From contig JBMOPW010000044.1 in the NCBI GenBank assembly GCA_049322915.1, positions 127,850 to 191,849 on the forward strand: a DNA stretch of 64,000 bases, read 5' to 3'. Position numbers and translations under genes: made by a program. This document shows positions 52,111-62,192 of this stretch, piece by piece; the stretch's first letter is position 1; each line of letters opens with the position of its first letter. Source of the stretch: Candidatus Zhuqueibacterota bacterium. GTDB taxonomy: Bacteria > Zhuqueibacterota > Zhuqueibacteria > Thermofontimicrobiales > Thermofontimicrobiaceae. The notes below the pieces were generated by a model. That model had not been told where the DNA came from and ran no database searches. It saw only the letters and a list, made by a program, of their open reading frames with translations.

Positions 52111-52172
52111 ATTTCTGTCGGTTGTCTACAGGAAGCACGCAGCAGGCAAAAAAACTGATCCTGCTGCGGTAA
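52086..52172 (+). pseudogene. Orphan C-terminal tail remnant (mini-ORF ending YFCRLSTGSTQQAKKLILLR*)
   Basis: CGCAGCAGGCAAAAAAACTGATCCTGCTGCGGT is identical to the end of the gene at 53896. Confidence 0.7.
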
Positions 52173-52201
52173 TAAGAAATGATTCGTATAGGAGGATTTA
52201 T

Positions 52202-53896
52202 ATGTCCCGAGAAATAAACAAATCATTGGTCATTTTTATCATTTTGATTCTTCCTGCAATTTCAGGCCGAGCCCAATCTTTGAATCAATCGGTTCAACGT
52301 GATAGAGAACAGCAGCAGTTTAGCAGGCTGACTCAATCGCAAGCCAATCAGCTTGACATCATTACTTCTATCGAGAGACACGGAGAGCCTTATAGCCTAT
52401 TTGCATTATCAGTGGCTGGGATTGGCGATATTAATCTGGATGGCTTTGATGATGTGATCATAGGAAATTATTACAAGGGAGCAGGAGAAGCTTTGATTTT
52501 ATTTGGAGGAGTAGATATGGATTCTATCCCCGATATTATTTTGCACGGTGAAAATGAGGGAGATGGATTTGGTGAAAAGGTCGCCTTCGGCGGTGATATC
52601 AACGGTGATGGTGATCCGGATTTTATCGTGTCGGCACCTGACTACCCAAATGGAAAAGGAAAAGGGAAAGTATATATTTATTTTGGCGGGTCAATTCTGG
52701 ATAGTATTCCTGACGCCATTTTCACAGGTGAATTGGATCACGGCAACTTAGGAAGAGCCTCCATTGCCGTTGGAGACATGAACAATGACAGTTGTGATGA
52801 TATATTAGTGTCCGCGCCCAATTATTGGCCAGTCTTCAGACTTGGCAAGGTATATCTCTACTATGGGGGGGCTTTGTTGGATAGCATCCCCGATTGGAGC
52901 AATCAAAGCGATACTCTAAGATATTACTTTGGTGAGCGTCTGGCTACAGGTGATGTCAATGGTGATGGTTTGAAGGACTTGTTGATAAATAGTACTCAAG
53001 ATATTAATGAACCTGGTCACGATTATCTAGTCCACACTGAAATATTCTTTAATGCATCCAAAGTGGATACCTTGAGTGATCTTATCCTTACTGACAGCAG
53101 CCCCGGGAATATGCAAAATCAGATCCTGTTGTGTGATGACTTAAACCTGGATGGCGCTGATGATTTTGTTATCAGAATAGATAATAACACAGGTATTTAT
53201 TCGAACATTTTTTTTGGCGGTGCAGATTTGGACACAATTGCTGATGCTTATTTAATCCCATGGCCTGGAGTGGGCATTAATCGCATCGCCACTGCTGGTG
53301 ACGTTAATGGCGATGGCTGGCCGGATATTCTGGCTGGGTTTTATCATTCCTTCTTTCAAACGGCTTCCTGCGGTCTTTATCTGGGAAGTCAAAAAATTGA
53401 TCCAACCGTGGATTGGACTGCCGGAGGCGCTGGTGTTTCAGTGGACGGCGCCGGGGATGTAAACGGTGACGGCTATGATGACATTATTGTGGGAATGTAC
53501 AGTTCTCCTTATACATCGGTTGCCTGGGGCGCTGCCTGGATTCTGGCGGGAAAAGCCGATTTGCAGGATATTCGCACCAACGTACGGCAGTTAGAGCCGT
53601 CCGCGCCGCCGGACAAGTATACGCTATTTCAGAATTACCCCAACCCTTTTAACCAACAAACGCGAATTCGCTACCGTCTCAGTTCTAAATTTGAAAAACA
53701 GGTAGCGATAACTATTTACGACATCAACGGAAAGGAGGTGAGCAAGTTAACTGATGAGCAGCAGACACCCGGCGAGCATGAAGTCGTCTGGGATGGCAGA
53801 GATCAACAAGGAAAGGAGGTGAACAGCGGAATGTATCTATGTCGGTTGTCAATCGGCAGTGCGCAGCAGGCAAAAAAACTGATCCTGCTGCGGTGA
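52202..53896 (+). CDS. Secreted FG-GAP repeat protein, paralog of 44352-46031 with a different tail
   Basis: MSREINK start with AGGAGG RBS; FG-GAP repeats; QNYPNPFNQQTRIRY...KKLILLR. Confidence 0.92.
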   Translation: MSREINKSLVIFIILILPAISGRAQSLNQSVQRDREQQQFSRLTQSQANQLDIITSIERHGEPYSLFALSVAGIGDINLDGFDDVIIGNYYKGAGEALILFGGVDMDSIPDIILHGENEGDGFGEKVAFGGDINGDGDPDFIVSAPDYPNGKGKGKVYIYFGGSILDSIPDAIFTGELDHGNLGRASIAVGDMNNDSCDDILVSAPNYWPVFRLGKVYLYYGGALLDSIPDWSNQSDTLRYYFGERLATGDVNGDGLKDLLINSTQDINEPGHDYLVHTEIFFNASKVDTLSDLILTDSSPGNMQNQILLCDDLNLDGADDFVIRIDNNTGIYSNIFFGGADLDTIADAYLIPWPGVGINRIATAGDVNGDGWPDILAGFYHSFFQTASCGLYLGSQKIDPTVDWTAGGAGVSVDGAGDVNGDGYDDIIVGMYSSPYTSVAWGAAWILAGKADLQDIRTNVRQLEPSAPPDKYTLFQNYPNPFNQQTRIRYRLSSKFEKQVAITIYDINGKEVSKLTDEQQTPGEHEVVWDGRDQQGKEVNSGMYLCRLSIGSAQQAKKLILLR

Positions 53897-53929
53897 ATAA
53901 TAATTGAATTTTAACAGGAGGTTTTGGCT

Positions 53930-56900
53930 ATGAGAACAAAACAGTTGCTTTCAGCAAAGCAGTGGCTGTCGAGCTTATTCTTTGTGTTACTTCCCTTAGT
54001 GGAAGTAATAGCCCAGCAATTCCCTATTGGCACTTATTGGGTGGCAACAGATCGCGAACGATATGATCAATATCCCCAGGTCGCTGATTGTGGTATCAAT
54101 ATTATTTCCGGAGGTAATTATAATGGCGTATCGCCCCTGCCTAACATTTTAGCGGCAGCCGAGGCATCAAACATCACTATGTTGATTAGCGGTATTAATG
54201 GAACGGATTCTCTTCAGTGGTATGGAGGAAGTCAGAGTGGTTACGATTCTTACCGCGCATATCGTTTGCCCTATGAATCCGATGGTTATCAACCAATACC
54301 TGAATTACAGACCATAGAACATACACTCATTTATGATTTTTCTCATGCAGTGGGTGAGCCATTGCAAGAGGGTGGAAAAACGGTATGGCGAGCTACGCCA
54401 TCTCAAGGCCCGGGGCTTTTGCTGCATGCCTACGACGACAGCGAATGGCAGCATCTGGGCTACACTTACCTTGCGACCTTCGTTTTAAAGGTCGATAACA
54501 ACAGCGGTCATGTTCTGGTTGCTACAGTGCGGATTGTTGAGGGAACAACCAATTTGGTTGATGAGCAAATTTTTTCCGATAATTTTACCGCCAATGGCAC
54601 TTACCAGGAATTTGAGTACGAATTCACCACCAGCGGCAGCTCTCTTTCAGGTGGCGGAGAAAGTGAAGACGATATTACCAGCATGCTTCCAGAAGGTAGC
54701 ACCGAATCCACGATGCAAGTGGCTCTGGATTCTCTGGATTATCAGGTGGAATACCATGGCAATCGAACGCTGACAGTTGATCGCGCAATCATTGAAAACC
54801 GCTGGGGAGATCGACTGTACGACGGGCACAAAGATTCCGACCTGTTAGCTGATGTACAATGGGCGTTCAACCAGGATGGCGGGGATCCGACGATTAGAGG
54901 ATTCTACACGGATGAGCCACAAATAACCCGTATTGATCCAATGCGGTATGTCAATAATTTGATAGGGCCAATAACACCCTCAAGGTTCGGCTTTCGTGAA
55001 ACAGTTCAGTCGACAGTTTGTATAGATTATGTTTTTAATCAATATTTAAATGCTGGTCTTCCTGTTAATCAGGATCATAAGCTTTTAGTGGATCGTTATC
55101 CTATAGAATATGGAGCCCCGGAACCTGGTGATCCGAATTATAATAATTATATTCAGGGTAGATGGGATGGCTATTTGATCCCGTTTCTATCGGACGCAAA
55201 TTTTGTATCATCGCTCAATGGAAAGCCATTTTGGTACGCGGTACAAGCCCATAGTTGGGATCTCCCTAGCCAACAGTGGCATCGAGATCCTGCTCCGATT
55301 GAGATTCGCTGCATGGCTAATTTAGGCGTTGTGTACGGAGCAAAGGGAATATTCTACTTTCTCTACACTTCAATCCGATCAACTTATCCTGCATATGAAG
55401 GAGCAATTGGTCTGGTAGATATTAATTTTAATCACAACTACGAACCTTATCTATCCAAGTGGAATGAAGTGCAGCAGATAAATGCCAACCTTCAATATAT
55501 GGCTTCTGACTTACTGTCATTGAATTGGCAAAGTGCCTTCACTTCCGGCGATGCGGTTCCTGATGGCAGTGTCGTGCAAAGCATCACCGGAGGTGATTAC
55601 ATTGAAATAGGCAATTTTACACACCAAACTTCAGGACATCCTTACATTATGCTTGTCAATCGTCGTTGTGAAGCAACAGACACACAGACCATATCTGTCA
55701 CCACAAATAAAACAGATCAGCCTTACCAAATTGAAGACAAATTAACCGGGGAGTGTTATGTAACAAGTGACGGCATCTTTCGAAATATTTCATTAGAAGC
55801 GGGCGCCGGCAGGCTCTTTGAAATGACACCAGTATTTGATACGAATGAAACGTGGGACTATCTGATAAATATTTCCAGTGATGTTACGATACCAACATCA
55901 AAGGTTTTGACAATTACATCAGGTACGACTATCAAATTCGCTTCAGCCACCGAACTAAAAATCAACGGCACACTCAACGCCTATGGCACTTCTGCCAATC
56001 CCATTACATTCACCAGCGCCAGTGCTTCGCCTGCTTCCGGTGACTGGGACTGGATCAAATTCGATGGCGGTACAGGAACTGTTCAATATTGCGATATCGA
56101 ATACGCCAAATTCGGTTTGTGGTTTTATGGTTCGTCAACCAATCCGACCGTAACCAATTGTTCAGTTAGGAACTGTTCTTACTACGGCGCCTATTTTCTC
56201 AATAACAGCGCTACCACGTTTCAGTATAATGATTTGAGTGATAATTCACTGCATGGGTTGCTGTTGATTACTTCCAGTCCGACTCTGCTAAATGTAACTT
56301 CAACCAATAATAGCAGCAACGGACTTTTTTTGAGCAACTCCTCCCCCAAAATCGGTTCCATCGATACGACCTTTAGTCAGCAGAGTCAATTTGCTGATAA
56401 TACATCAGACGGAATTTATTGTTCAGGTTCCTCGGGCAGCCATCCCTGGATTTACCGCAACAGTGTTTCAAATCCTTATGGTGGTTACACGCAAATTATC
56501 GACAATGGCAGCGACGGTTTGACAGCGATACAAAAGTCTCATCCCATTTTAGGTTCTTCTGCTTCTTCGCAGGGGAATAACAGCATTTATGGTAATTCTG
56601 CTTATCAAATCTGCAACAATAACAGCGATTATTCCATCTATGCTCGTCATAACTGGTGGGGATCAGCCAATGGATATCCTGCTGGTTCGTTTTACGGTAC
56701 CGTAGTGGCGGTGCCATATTTGACATATCAGCCTGGTGTTGGGGTTTCCAGCAGCCCTAATTTTGTACCCGCGATGGCGTCGAATGAGACCAGCAGAGCA
56801 GCAGACAGCCTTATTGAAAACGGAGAAGAGCTGATGATTCAGGGAAAATATGAACAAGCGGTGCCACTGTTTATTCAGACGACTCATGAGTTTCCGGAAT

Positions 56901-57622
56901 CAGCCGAAGCTCGGCAAGCGCTGAGCAGCCTCGTGCTTTGCTACCGTGAGATGGGACAGGCGAATGAAACACTAATGATGCTCGACCAATATGCTGAAGC
57001 TTACGCGCAGCAGCAAATCGGTTCCTGGGCATTGAACCTTTCGTTGCCGATTTTGGAATTGCAGGGAAAATATCACAGCTTTATCGAACGATGTAACCTG
57101 TTGCTTACGGAGTTTTCCGAACATGAGAGCGTCTCCGATTATCTGCTTTTTGATTTGGGTATGGTTTATAAATATGGCGTAAGCGACATGGAATCGGCAA
57201 AACGGTATTTTGAGGAATTTATCACTGCCCAGCCGCACGATCCTTTGACAGAAATCGCATTGGTTGAAATGAATACCATCGGTTCTCCCCAGCTATTCAA
57301 AGGAAAACCAGCAGAACAAAAAACTGCAAGCGATCATACTCTCTTTGACTTTGAGTTCTTTCAGAATTATCCCAATCCGTTCAATGCCGAGACTACAATT
57401 CGCTACCAGTTACCCCAGGCGTCGGCGGTAACCCTGACCATTTATAACCTCCTCGGTCAACAAATCCGGCGATTAGTAAATGAAAGACAACTTGCCGGCA
57501 ATTATTCAATTATTTGGGATAGCCGGGATGAACAGGGGACAGTTTTATCCAGCGGCATTTATATCTATCGCCTCGAAGCCGGCTTCTTCGTCGCCAGCAA
57601 AAAGCTGGCGCTGATTCGATAG
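53930..57622 (+). CDS. Large secreted multidomain protein (possible glycosidase-like barrel, right-handed beta-helix, TPR, tail)
   Basis: Signal peptide, FPIG, GFYTDEP, YGAKGIFYF; GTSANPITFTS...GDW and beta-helix repeats; A..NWWG; TPR; QNYPNPFN. Confidence 0.85.
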   Translation: MRTKQLLSAKQWLSSLFFVLLPLVEVIAQQFPIGTYWVATDRERYDQYPQVADCGINIISGGNYNGVSPLPNILAAAEASNITMLISGINGTDSLQWYGGSQSGYDSYRAYRLPYESDGYQPIPELQTIEHTLIYDFSHAVGEPLQEGGKTVWRATPSQGPGLLLHAYDDSEWQHLGYTYLATFVLKVDNNSGHVLVATVRIVEGTTNLVDEQIFSDNFTANGTYQEFEYEFTTSGSSLSGGGESEDDITSMLPEGSTESTMQVALDSLDYQVEYHGNRTLTVDRAIIENRWGDRLYDGHKDSDLLADVQWAFNQDGGDPTIRGFYTDEPQITRIDPMRYVNNLIGPITPSRFGFRETVQSTVCIDYVFNQYLNAGLPVNQDHKLLVDRYPIEYGAPEPGDPNYNNYIQGRWDGYLIPFLSDANFVSSLNGKPFWYAVQAHSWDLPSQQWHRDPAPIEIRCMANLGVVYGAKGIFYFLYTSIRSTYPAYEGAIGLVDINFNHNYEPYLSKWNEVQQINANLQYMASDLLSLNWQSAFTSGDAVPDGSVVQSITGGDYIEIGNFTHQTSGHPYIMLVNRRCEATDTQTISVTTNKTDQPYQIEDKLTGECYVTSDGIFRNISLEAGAGRLFEMTPVFDTNETWDYLINISSDVTIPTSKVLTITSGTTIKFASATELKINGTLNAYGTSANPITFTSASASPASGDWDWIKFDGGTGTVQYCDIEYAKFGLWFYGSSTNPTVTNCSVRNCSYYGAYFLNNSATTFQYNDLSDNSLHGLLLITSSPTLLNVTSTNNSSNGLFLSNSSPKIGSIDTTFSQQSQFADNTSDGIYCSGSSGSHPWIYRNSVSNPYGGYTQIIDNGSDGLTAIQKSHPILGSSASSQGNNSIYGNSAYQICNNNSDYSIYARHNWWGSANGYPAGSFYGTVVAVPYLTYQPGVGVSSSPNFVPAMASNETSRAADSLIENGEELMIQGKYEQAVPLFIQTTHEFPESAEARQALSSLVLCYREMGQANETLMMLDQYAEAYAQQQIGSWALNLSLPILELQGKYHSFIERCNLLLTEFSEHESVSDYLLFDLGMVYKYGVSDMESAKRYFEEFITAQPHDPLTEIALVEMNTIGSPQLFKGKPAEQKTASDHTLFDFEFFQNYPNPFNAETTIRYQLPQASAVTLTIYNLLGQQIRRLVNERQLAGNYSIIWDSRDEQGTVLSSGIYIYRLEAGFFVASKKLALIR
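57362..57622 (+). repeat. 261-bp C-terminal module, copy 3
   Basis: Near-identical to copies 1 and 2. Confidence 0.92.
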
Positions 57623-57863
57623 AAATTCAGCCGCGGCTAAAAAAATTCGACCGGCTCACCGGGTTGTTACAGTCATTTCGGGCGTATTGCCCAGGCACAC
57701 TGTTTGACAGATGGTGCTGGCAGAGGGTGCAATTGCAATACCAACGGTCGCCAAATGCAAATAGAGAGGCTTCCTAAAGCAGCGTAGAGGTGATTGATAG
57801 TTTTTTCGGGTGAGTTCACCAAAAGAAAATAAGACTGATTTTGATTTACTTCATTTAGAAATT

Positions 57864-57948
57864 TGGTGCCGAAGGCGGGATTCGAACCCGCACACCGCTA
57901 GGCACTACCCCCTCAAGATAGCGTGTCTGCCAATTCCACCACTTCGGC
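57864..57948 (-). tRNA. tRNA-Leu (GAG)
   Basis: GCCGAAG/CTTCGGC acceptor stem, CTATC-TTGAGGG-GGTAG anticodon arm, long variable arm, GGTTCGAATCC, encoded CCA; follows secG. Confidence 0.97.
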
Positions 57949-57957
57949 AACAGAAAA

Positions 57958-58338
57958 TTACTTGCTGGTATCGGCCTGAGTCGGAGCTCCCGCTGGTGCA
58001 GTTTCTCCTGTAACGGATCCTGCATCCTGTACTGTTGGCAACACCGACGCCGGTGAAGAAAGCCGCCTTTGTTCCAATTCTTCGGCAACGACATTCTGGT
58101 CAACCCGCTGGCCTTTATCCACGTAACTGATGAGCAAAGCAAATCCTAAAAAGATGATTGCTAAAACTGTGGTCAGTTTGCTCAGGAATGGCGCTGCGCC
58201 TCGTCCCCCGAACACAGCGCCCATACCGCCGCCACCGCCAAAAACACCGGCCATACCGCCGCCTTTACTCGATTGCAGCAGGATTACAATCATAAGAACG
58301 ATGGAAACAATCACGTGTAAAATAATCAAAAAGGTCAT
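57958..58338 (-). CDS. secG: Preprotein translocase subunit SecG
   Basis: ILLQSSKGGG...FGG...LSKLT; two TM helices. Confidence 0.95.
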   Translation of the reverse strand: MTFLIILHVIVSIVLMIVILLQSSKGGGMAGVFGGGGGMGAVFGGRGAAPFLSKLTTVLAIIFLGFALLISYVDKGQRVDQNVVAEELEQRRLSSPASVLPTVQDAGSVTGETAPAGAPTQADTSK

Positions 58339-58365
58339 AACTCCCTCGAATAATAAAGTCAATTG

Positions 58366-59130
58366 TTAAGCTAATTTTTCGGCAATCCTGATCATCTCGG
58401 CAAACGAATCGACTTCGAGGCTGGCGCCGCCAATCAATCCACCGTCGATATTTTTCTGAGAAAGCAATTCGTGAATATTGGATGGTTTCGCGCTGCCGCC
58501 GTACAGGATATGGATGTCATCAGCGATTTTCGCTGTGAACATGTCTTTGATCAAATTTCGAATGAACGAATGCACTTCTTCCGCCTGCTCCTGTGTGGCG
58601 GTCACACCTGTGCCAATCGCCCAGACCGGCTCATAGGCCAGAATGATTTTTTGAATTTGCTCAGGAGTTAAATCCGCCAACCCTTCACGAATCTGCGTTC
58701 CCACCACCTCATTGGTACGTCCCTGTTTGCGTTGATCCAGCGTTTCACCAATGCAGACAATGGGAGTGAGCGGTGTTGTCAATGTTCGTTTAAGGCGCGC
58801 ATTGACGGATTGATTGGTCTCCCCAAAATACTGTCGACGTTCGGAGTGCCCGATGATGACTGAGGAACAACCGGCAGCGACCAGCATTTCCACAGAGACT
58901 TCACCGGTATAAGCGCCCGACGCTTCCCAGAAGACATTTTGTGCGCCAACGCCGACGCGGGTTCCTTTGAATATTTCGACCAGTGAACCCAACGCCGTAT
59001 AGGGCGGACAAATGATGATTTCGGTTTTGGAAATCGAGTCGATCCGGGATTTCAGAGCCCGGGCAAATTCAGCAGCCTGGGCTCCGGTTTTATTCATTTT
59101 CCAATTACCAGCTATTATCTTTTTTCGCAT
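58366..59130 (-). CDS. tpiA: Triosephosphate isomerase
   Basis: AGNWKMN, GHSERR, AYEPVWAIGTG. Confidence 0.98.
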   Translation of the reverse strand: MRKKIIAGNWKMNKTGAQAAEFARALKSRIDSISKTEIIICPPYTALGSLVEIFKGTRVGVGAQNVFWEASGAYTGEVSVEMLVAAGCSSVIIGHSERRQYFGETNQSVNARLKRTLTTPLTPIVCIGETLDQRKQGRTNEVVGTQIREGLADLTPEQIQKIILAYEPVWAIGTGVTATQEQAEEVHSFIRNLIKDMFTAKIADDIHILYGGSAKPSNIHELLSQKNIDGGLIGGASLEVDSFAEMIRIAEKLA

Positions 59131-59180
59131 TGCGTTTGTTATACCAACGTAGATGAATGAAAAGTTCCATCGTAACTGAA

Positions 59181-60221
<1,041 letters not shown>

Positions 60222-60228
60222 TTAACTG

Positions 60229-61149
60229 TTACGCTTTATTTGCACAACCTAAAATTTCGATTTTATTCCTCACAACTTCTTTGATCGCGGCTCTTCCGGC
60301 CCCGATGATTTTTCTGGGATCAAACTGGTCTGGCTTGTTGATCAAAATTTCTCTGACGCCGGCAGTGAATGCCAGTCGCAAATCGGTATCGATATTGACT
60401 TTTGTAATGCCCAGCGAAATGGCATGTTGAATATCTTCGACCGGCACCCCTTTCGCAGCGCCCAATTTTGCGCCATATTTATTCGCTTTTTCGATGATGT
60501 CCGGAATGACGCTGGAAGCGCCGTGCAAGACCAGCGGGACTTCGACCCGATGCGCAATGACATCCAGTCGATCGAACGCCAATCTGGCGTCTCCTTTAAA
60601 TTTGTACGCGCCGTGGGATGTGCCAATGGCGATTGCCAGCGTGTCGCAGCCAGTTTCCTGCACGAATTTCACTGCTTCGTCCGGGTCGGTCAATCGCGCT
60701 TCTTTTTCACTCACAGAAATATTATCCTCAATGCCGCCGAGTCGGCCTAATTCTGCTTCCACGGAAATGCCCACCGCATGACACATGTCAACCACTCTCT
60801 TTGTCGCTGCGATATTTCCTCCGAGCGGTTCGTGGGAGCCATCGATCATGATGGAAGTCCAGCCGTTCCGAACGCAGTTGACGATCAAGTCAAATTCAGT
60901 GCCATGATCCAGATGCAGGCTGACCGGGATTTTGGCGTTCATGGCCATCTGGCGCACCATGCCTGATAGCACTTCAATCCCACAATATTCAATTGCGCTG
61001 GTGGAAGTGGCAATGATCACCGGGGCATTCATTTCTTCGTGCGCTTCAATGATGGCCTGAGTGATTTCGATATTGCTGGTGTTGAACGCGCCAACAGCGT
61101 ACTTTCCCTTTTTCGCGGCAAGCTGTAGCTCTTTGTTGGTTGCTAACAT
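60229..61149 (-). CDS. fba: Fructose-1,6-bisphosphate aldolase, class II
   Basis: HLDHG, VEAELG, GTSHG, VLHGAS, KVNIDTD. Confidence 0.96.
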   Translation of the reverse strand: MLATNKELQLAAKKGKYAVGAFNTSNIEITQAIIEAHEEMNAPVIIATSTSAIEYCGIEVLSGMVRQMAMNAKIPVSLHLDHGTEFDLIVNCVRNGWTSIMIDGSHEPLGGNIAATKRVVDMCHAVGISVEAELGRLGGIEDNISVSEKEARLTDPDEAVKFVQETGCDTLAIAIGTSHGAYKFKGDARLAFDRLDVIAHRVEVPLVLHGASSVIPDIIEKANKYGAKLGAAKGVPVEDIQHAISLGITKVNIDTDLRLAFTAGVREILINKPDQFDPRKIIGAGRAAIKEVVRNKIEILGCANKA

Positions 61150-61293
61150 GATTGGATCCCGTCTCAAGAGTGTGGTGCATGTATAAGGTTCTTCGCGTGG
61201 TTATAAAAAAAGTCAACCTTCAAACCGGTTGGCTATTTAATGAGAAATAAATAGATAGATCGACGCGAATACTGGTGTTTTAAAATTGCGTAT

Positions 61294-61322
61294 ATTATAA
61301 GAAAAAATTTGTTAAATGTCAA
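61294..61322 (-). promoter_or_regulatory. Consensus sigma70 promoter of the fba-gap-tpiA-secG operon
   Basis: TTGACA-17 bp-TATAAT. Confidence 0.75.
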
Positions 61323-61342
61323 GGTTTTTTCTGAAGGTTTTA

Positions 61343-62050
61343 TCAGGCTTTTGCCGCTGAAACCAGACAAATTTCAGAAACGCCGCTCTTTGCAAGTGTG
61401 CTGGCGCAGGCATTCATCGTGGCGCCGGTGGTGATGACATCGTCCACGAGAATTACAGTTTTACCATTGATGAGTTCCGGTGCGACCACCTGAAATGCGT
61501 CCCGGACGTTTTTTTGACGATTGGTCGCGTTGAGTCTGGTTTGAGACTGAGTATATCGGCGTCGGACGAGAATTTTATCGGAGAATGGAATGGTGAGTCT
61601 GGAGGCAATGGATTCGCAGAGGAGAAAGCTCTGGTTGTACCCACGCTCCCTGACGCGGGTTTTATGAAGCGGCACAGGGATGAGCACGATATCCTGATCT
61701 GGAATGGACAGCGTGCGAATTTTATCGGCCATAAATTCACCCATTTTTCGGGCGAGAATTCGGTAGTTTTGATATTTCAACAGATGGATGATCTGTTGAA
61801 TTGGGCCGTCGAATTGCCAGATCGAGTAAGCCTGAGTAAAGAAGACCGGGCTACTCAGGCCGGCACTGATCTCGGCAACGATGTCCGCATGTTCGTCCAC
61901 ACGAGGAATTTCAGACCAGCATTGTTCACACACAACAATTTCGTCCCGTTGCAATGCCGACTGGCAGATGGTGCAAAATGGCGGATAGAAAAAATCGACC
62001 AACGGGCGAAACAGATTCATAATCTTCAAAAATTTCGAAGGCACGGCCAC
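61343..62050 (-). CDS. comF: ComF-family protein (zinc ribbon plus phosphoribosyltransferase)
   Basis: CxxC...CxxC, PVPLH..R..ERGYNQ, VDDVITTGAT; start uncertain. Confidence 0.92.
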   Translation of the reverse strand: MAVPSKFLKIMNLFRPLVDFFYPPFCTICQSALQRDEIVVCEQCWSEIPRVDEHADIVAEISAGLSSPVFFTQAYSIWQFDGPIQQIIHLLKYQNYRILARKMGEFMADKIRTLSIPDQDIVLIPVPLHKTRVRERGYNQSFLLCESIASRLTIPFSDKILVRRRYTQSQTRLNATNRQKNVRDAFQVVAPELINGKTVILVDDVITTGATMNACASTLAKSGVSEICLVSAAKA

Positions 62051-62066
62051 GGTTCACCTGAAAATA

Positions 62067-62099
62067 ATACACCCTGACAGGGAGTCGGTCAGGGTGTAT
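62067..62099 (-). terminator. Hairpin, probable terminator
   Basis: ATACACCCTGAC/GTCAGGGTGTAT 12-bp stem, T-rich on the minus strand. Confidence 0.55.
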
Positions 62100-62192
62100 G
62101 TCCAATGGTATTTCATTCGATTCTATCGAGACTCAAGGGAAAGTGAGTCCCTGTTTCACGCTATTTTCTGAGATGAAAAATGCGCGCGATGG

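Larger units (their letters stand above)
51949..53643 (+). repeat. Duplicated segment, copy B
   Basis: Paralogous to 44097-45784; includes promoter TTGATT-17-TATGAT (51968-51996). Confidence 0.85.

Noticed and set aside
51908..52201. 98-aa N-terminal extension of the second FG-GAP gene in the ORF track
   Set aside because: It overlaps the promoter and leader; the paralog and the AGGAGG RBS place the start at 52202
45771..57622. Diversity-generating retroelement (TR/VR pair) as the source of the repeated tails
   Set aside because: All three copies are coding, the differences include C/T and G/C changes and are not confined to adenines of one template, and there is no reverse transcriptase in the window
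57810..58142. ORFs overlapping the tRNA and secG
   Set aside because: Explained by tRNA-Leu and secG
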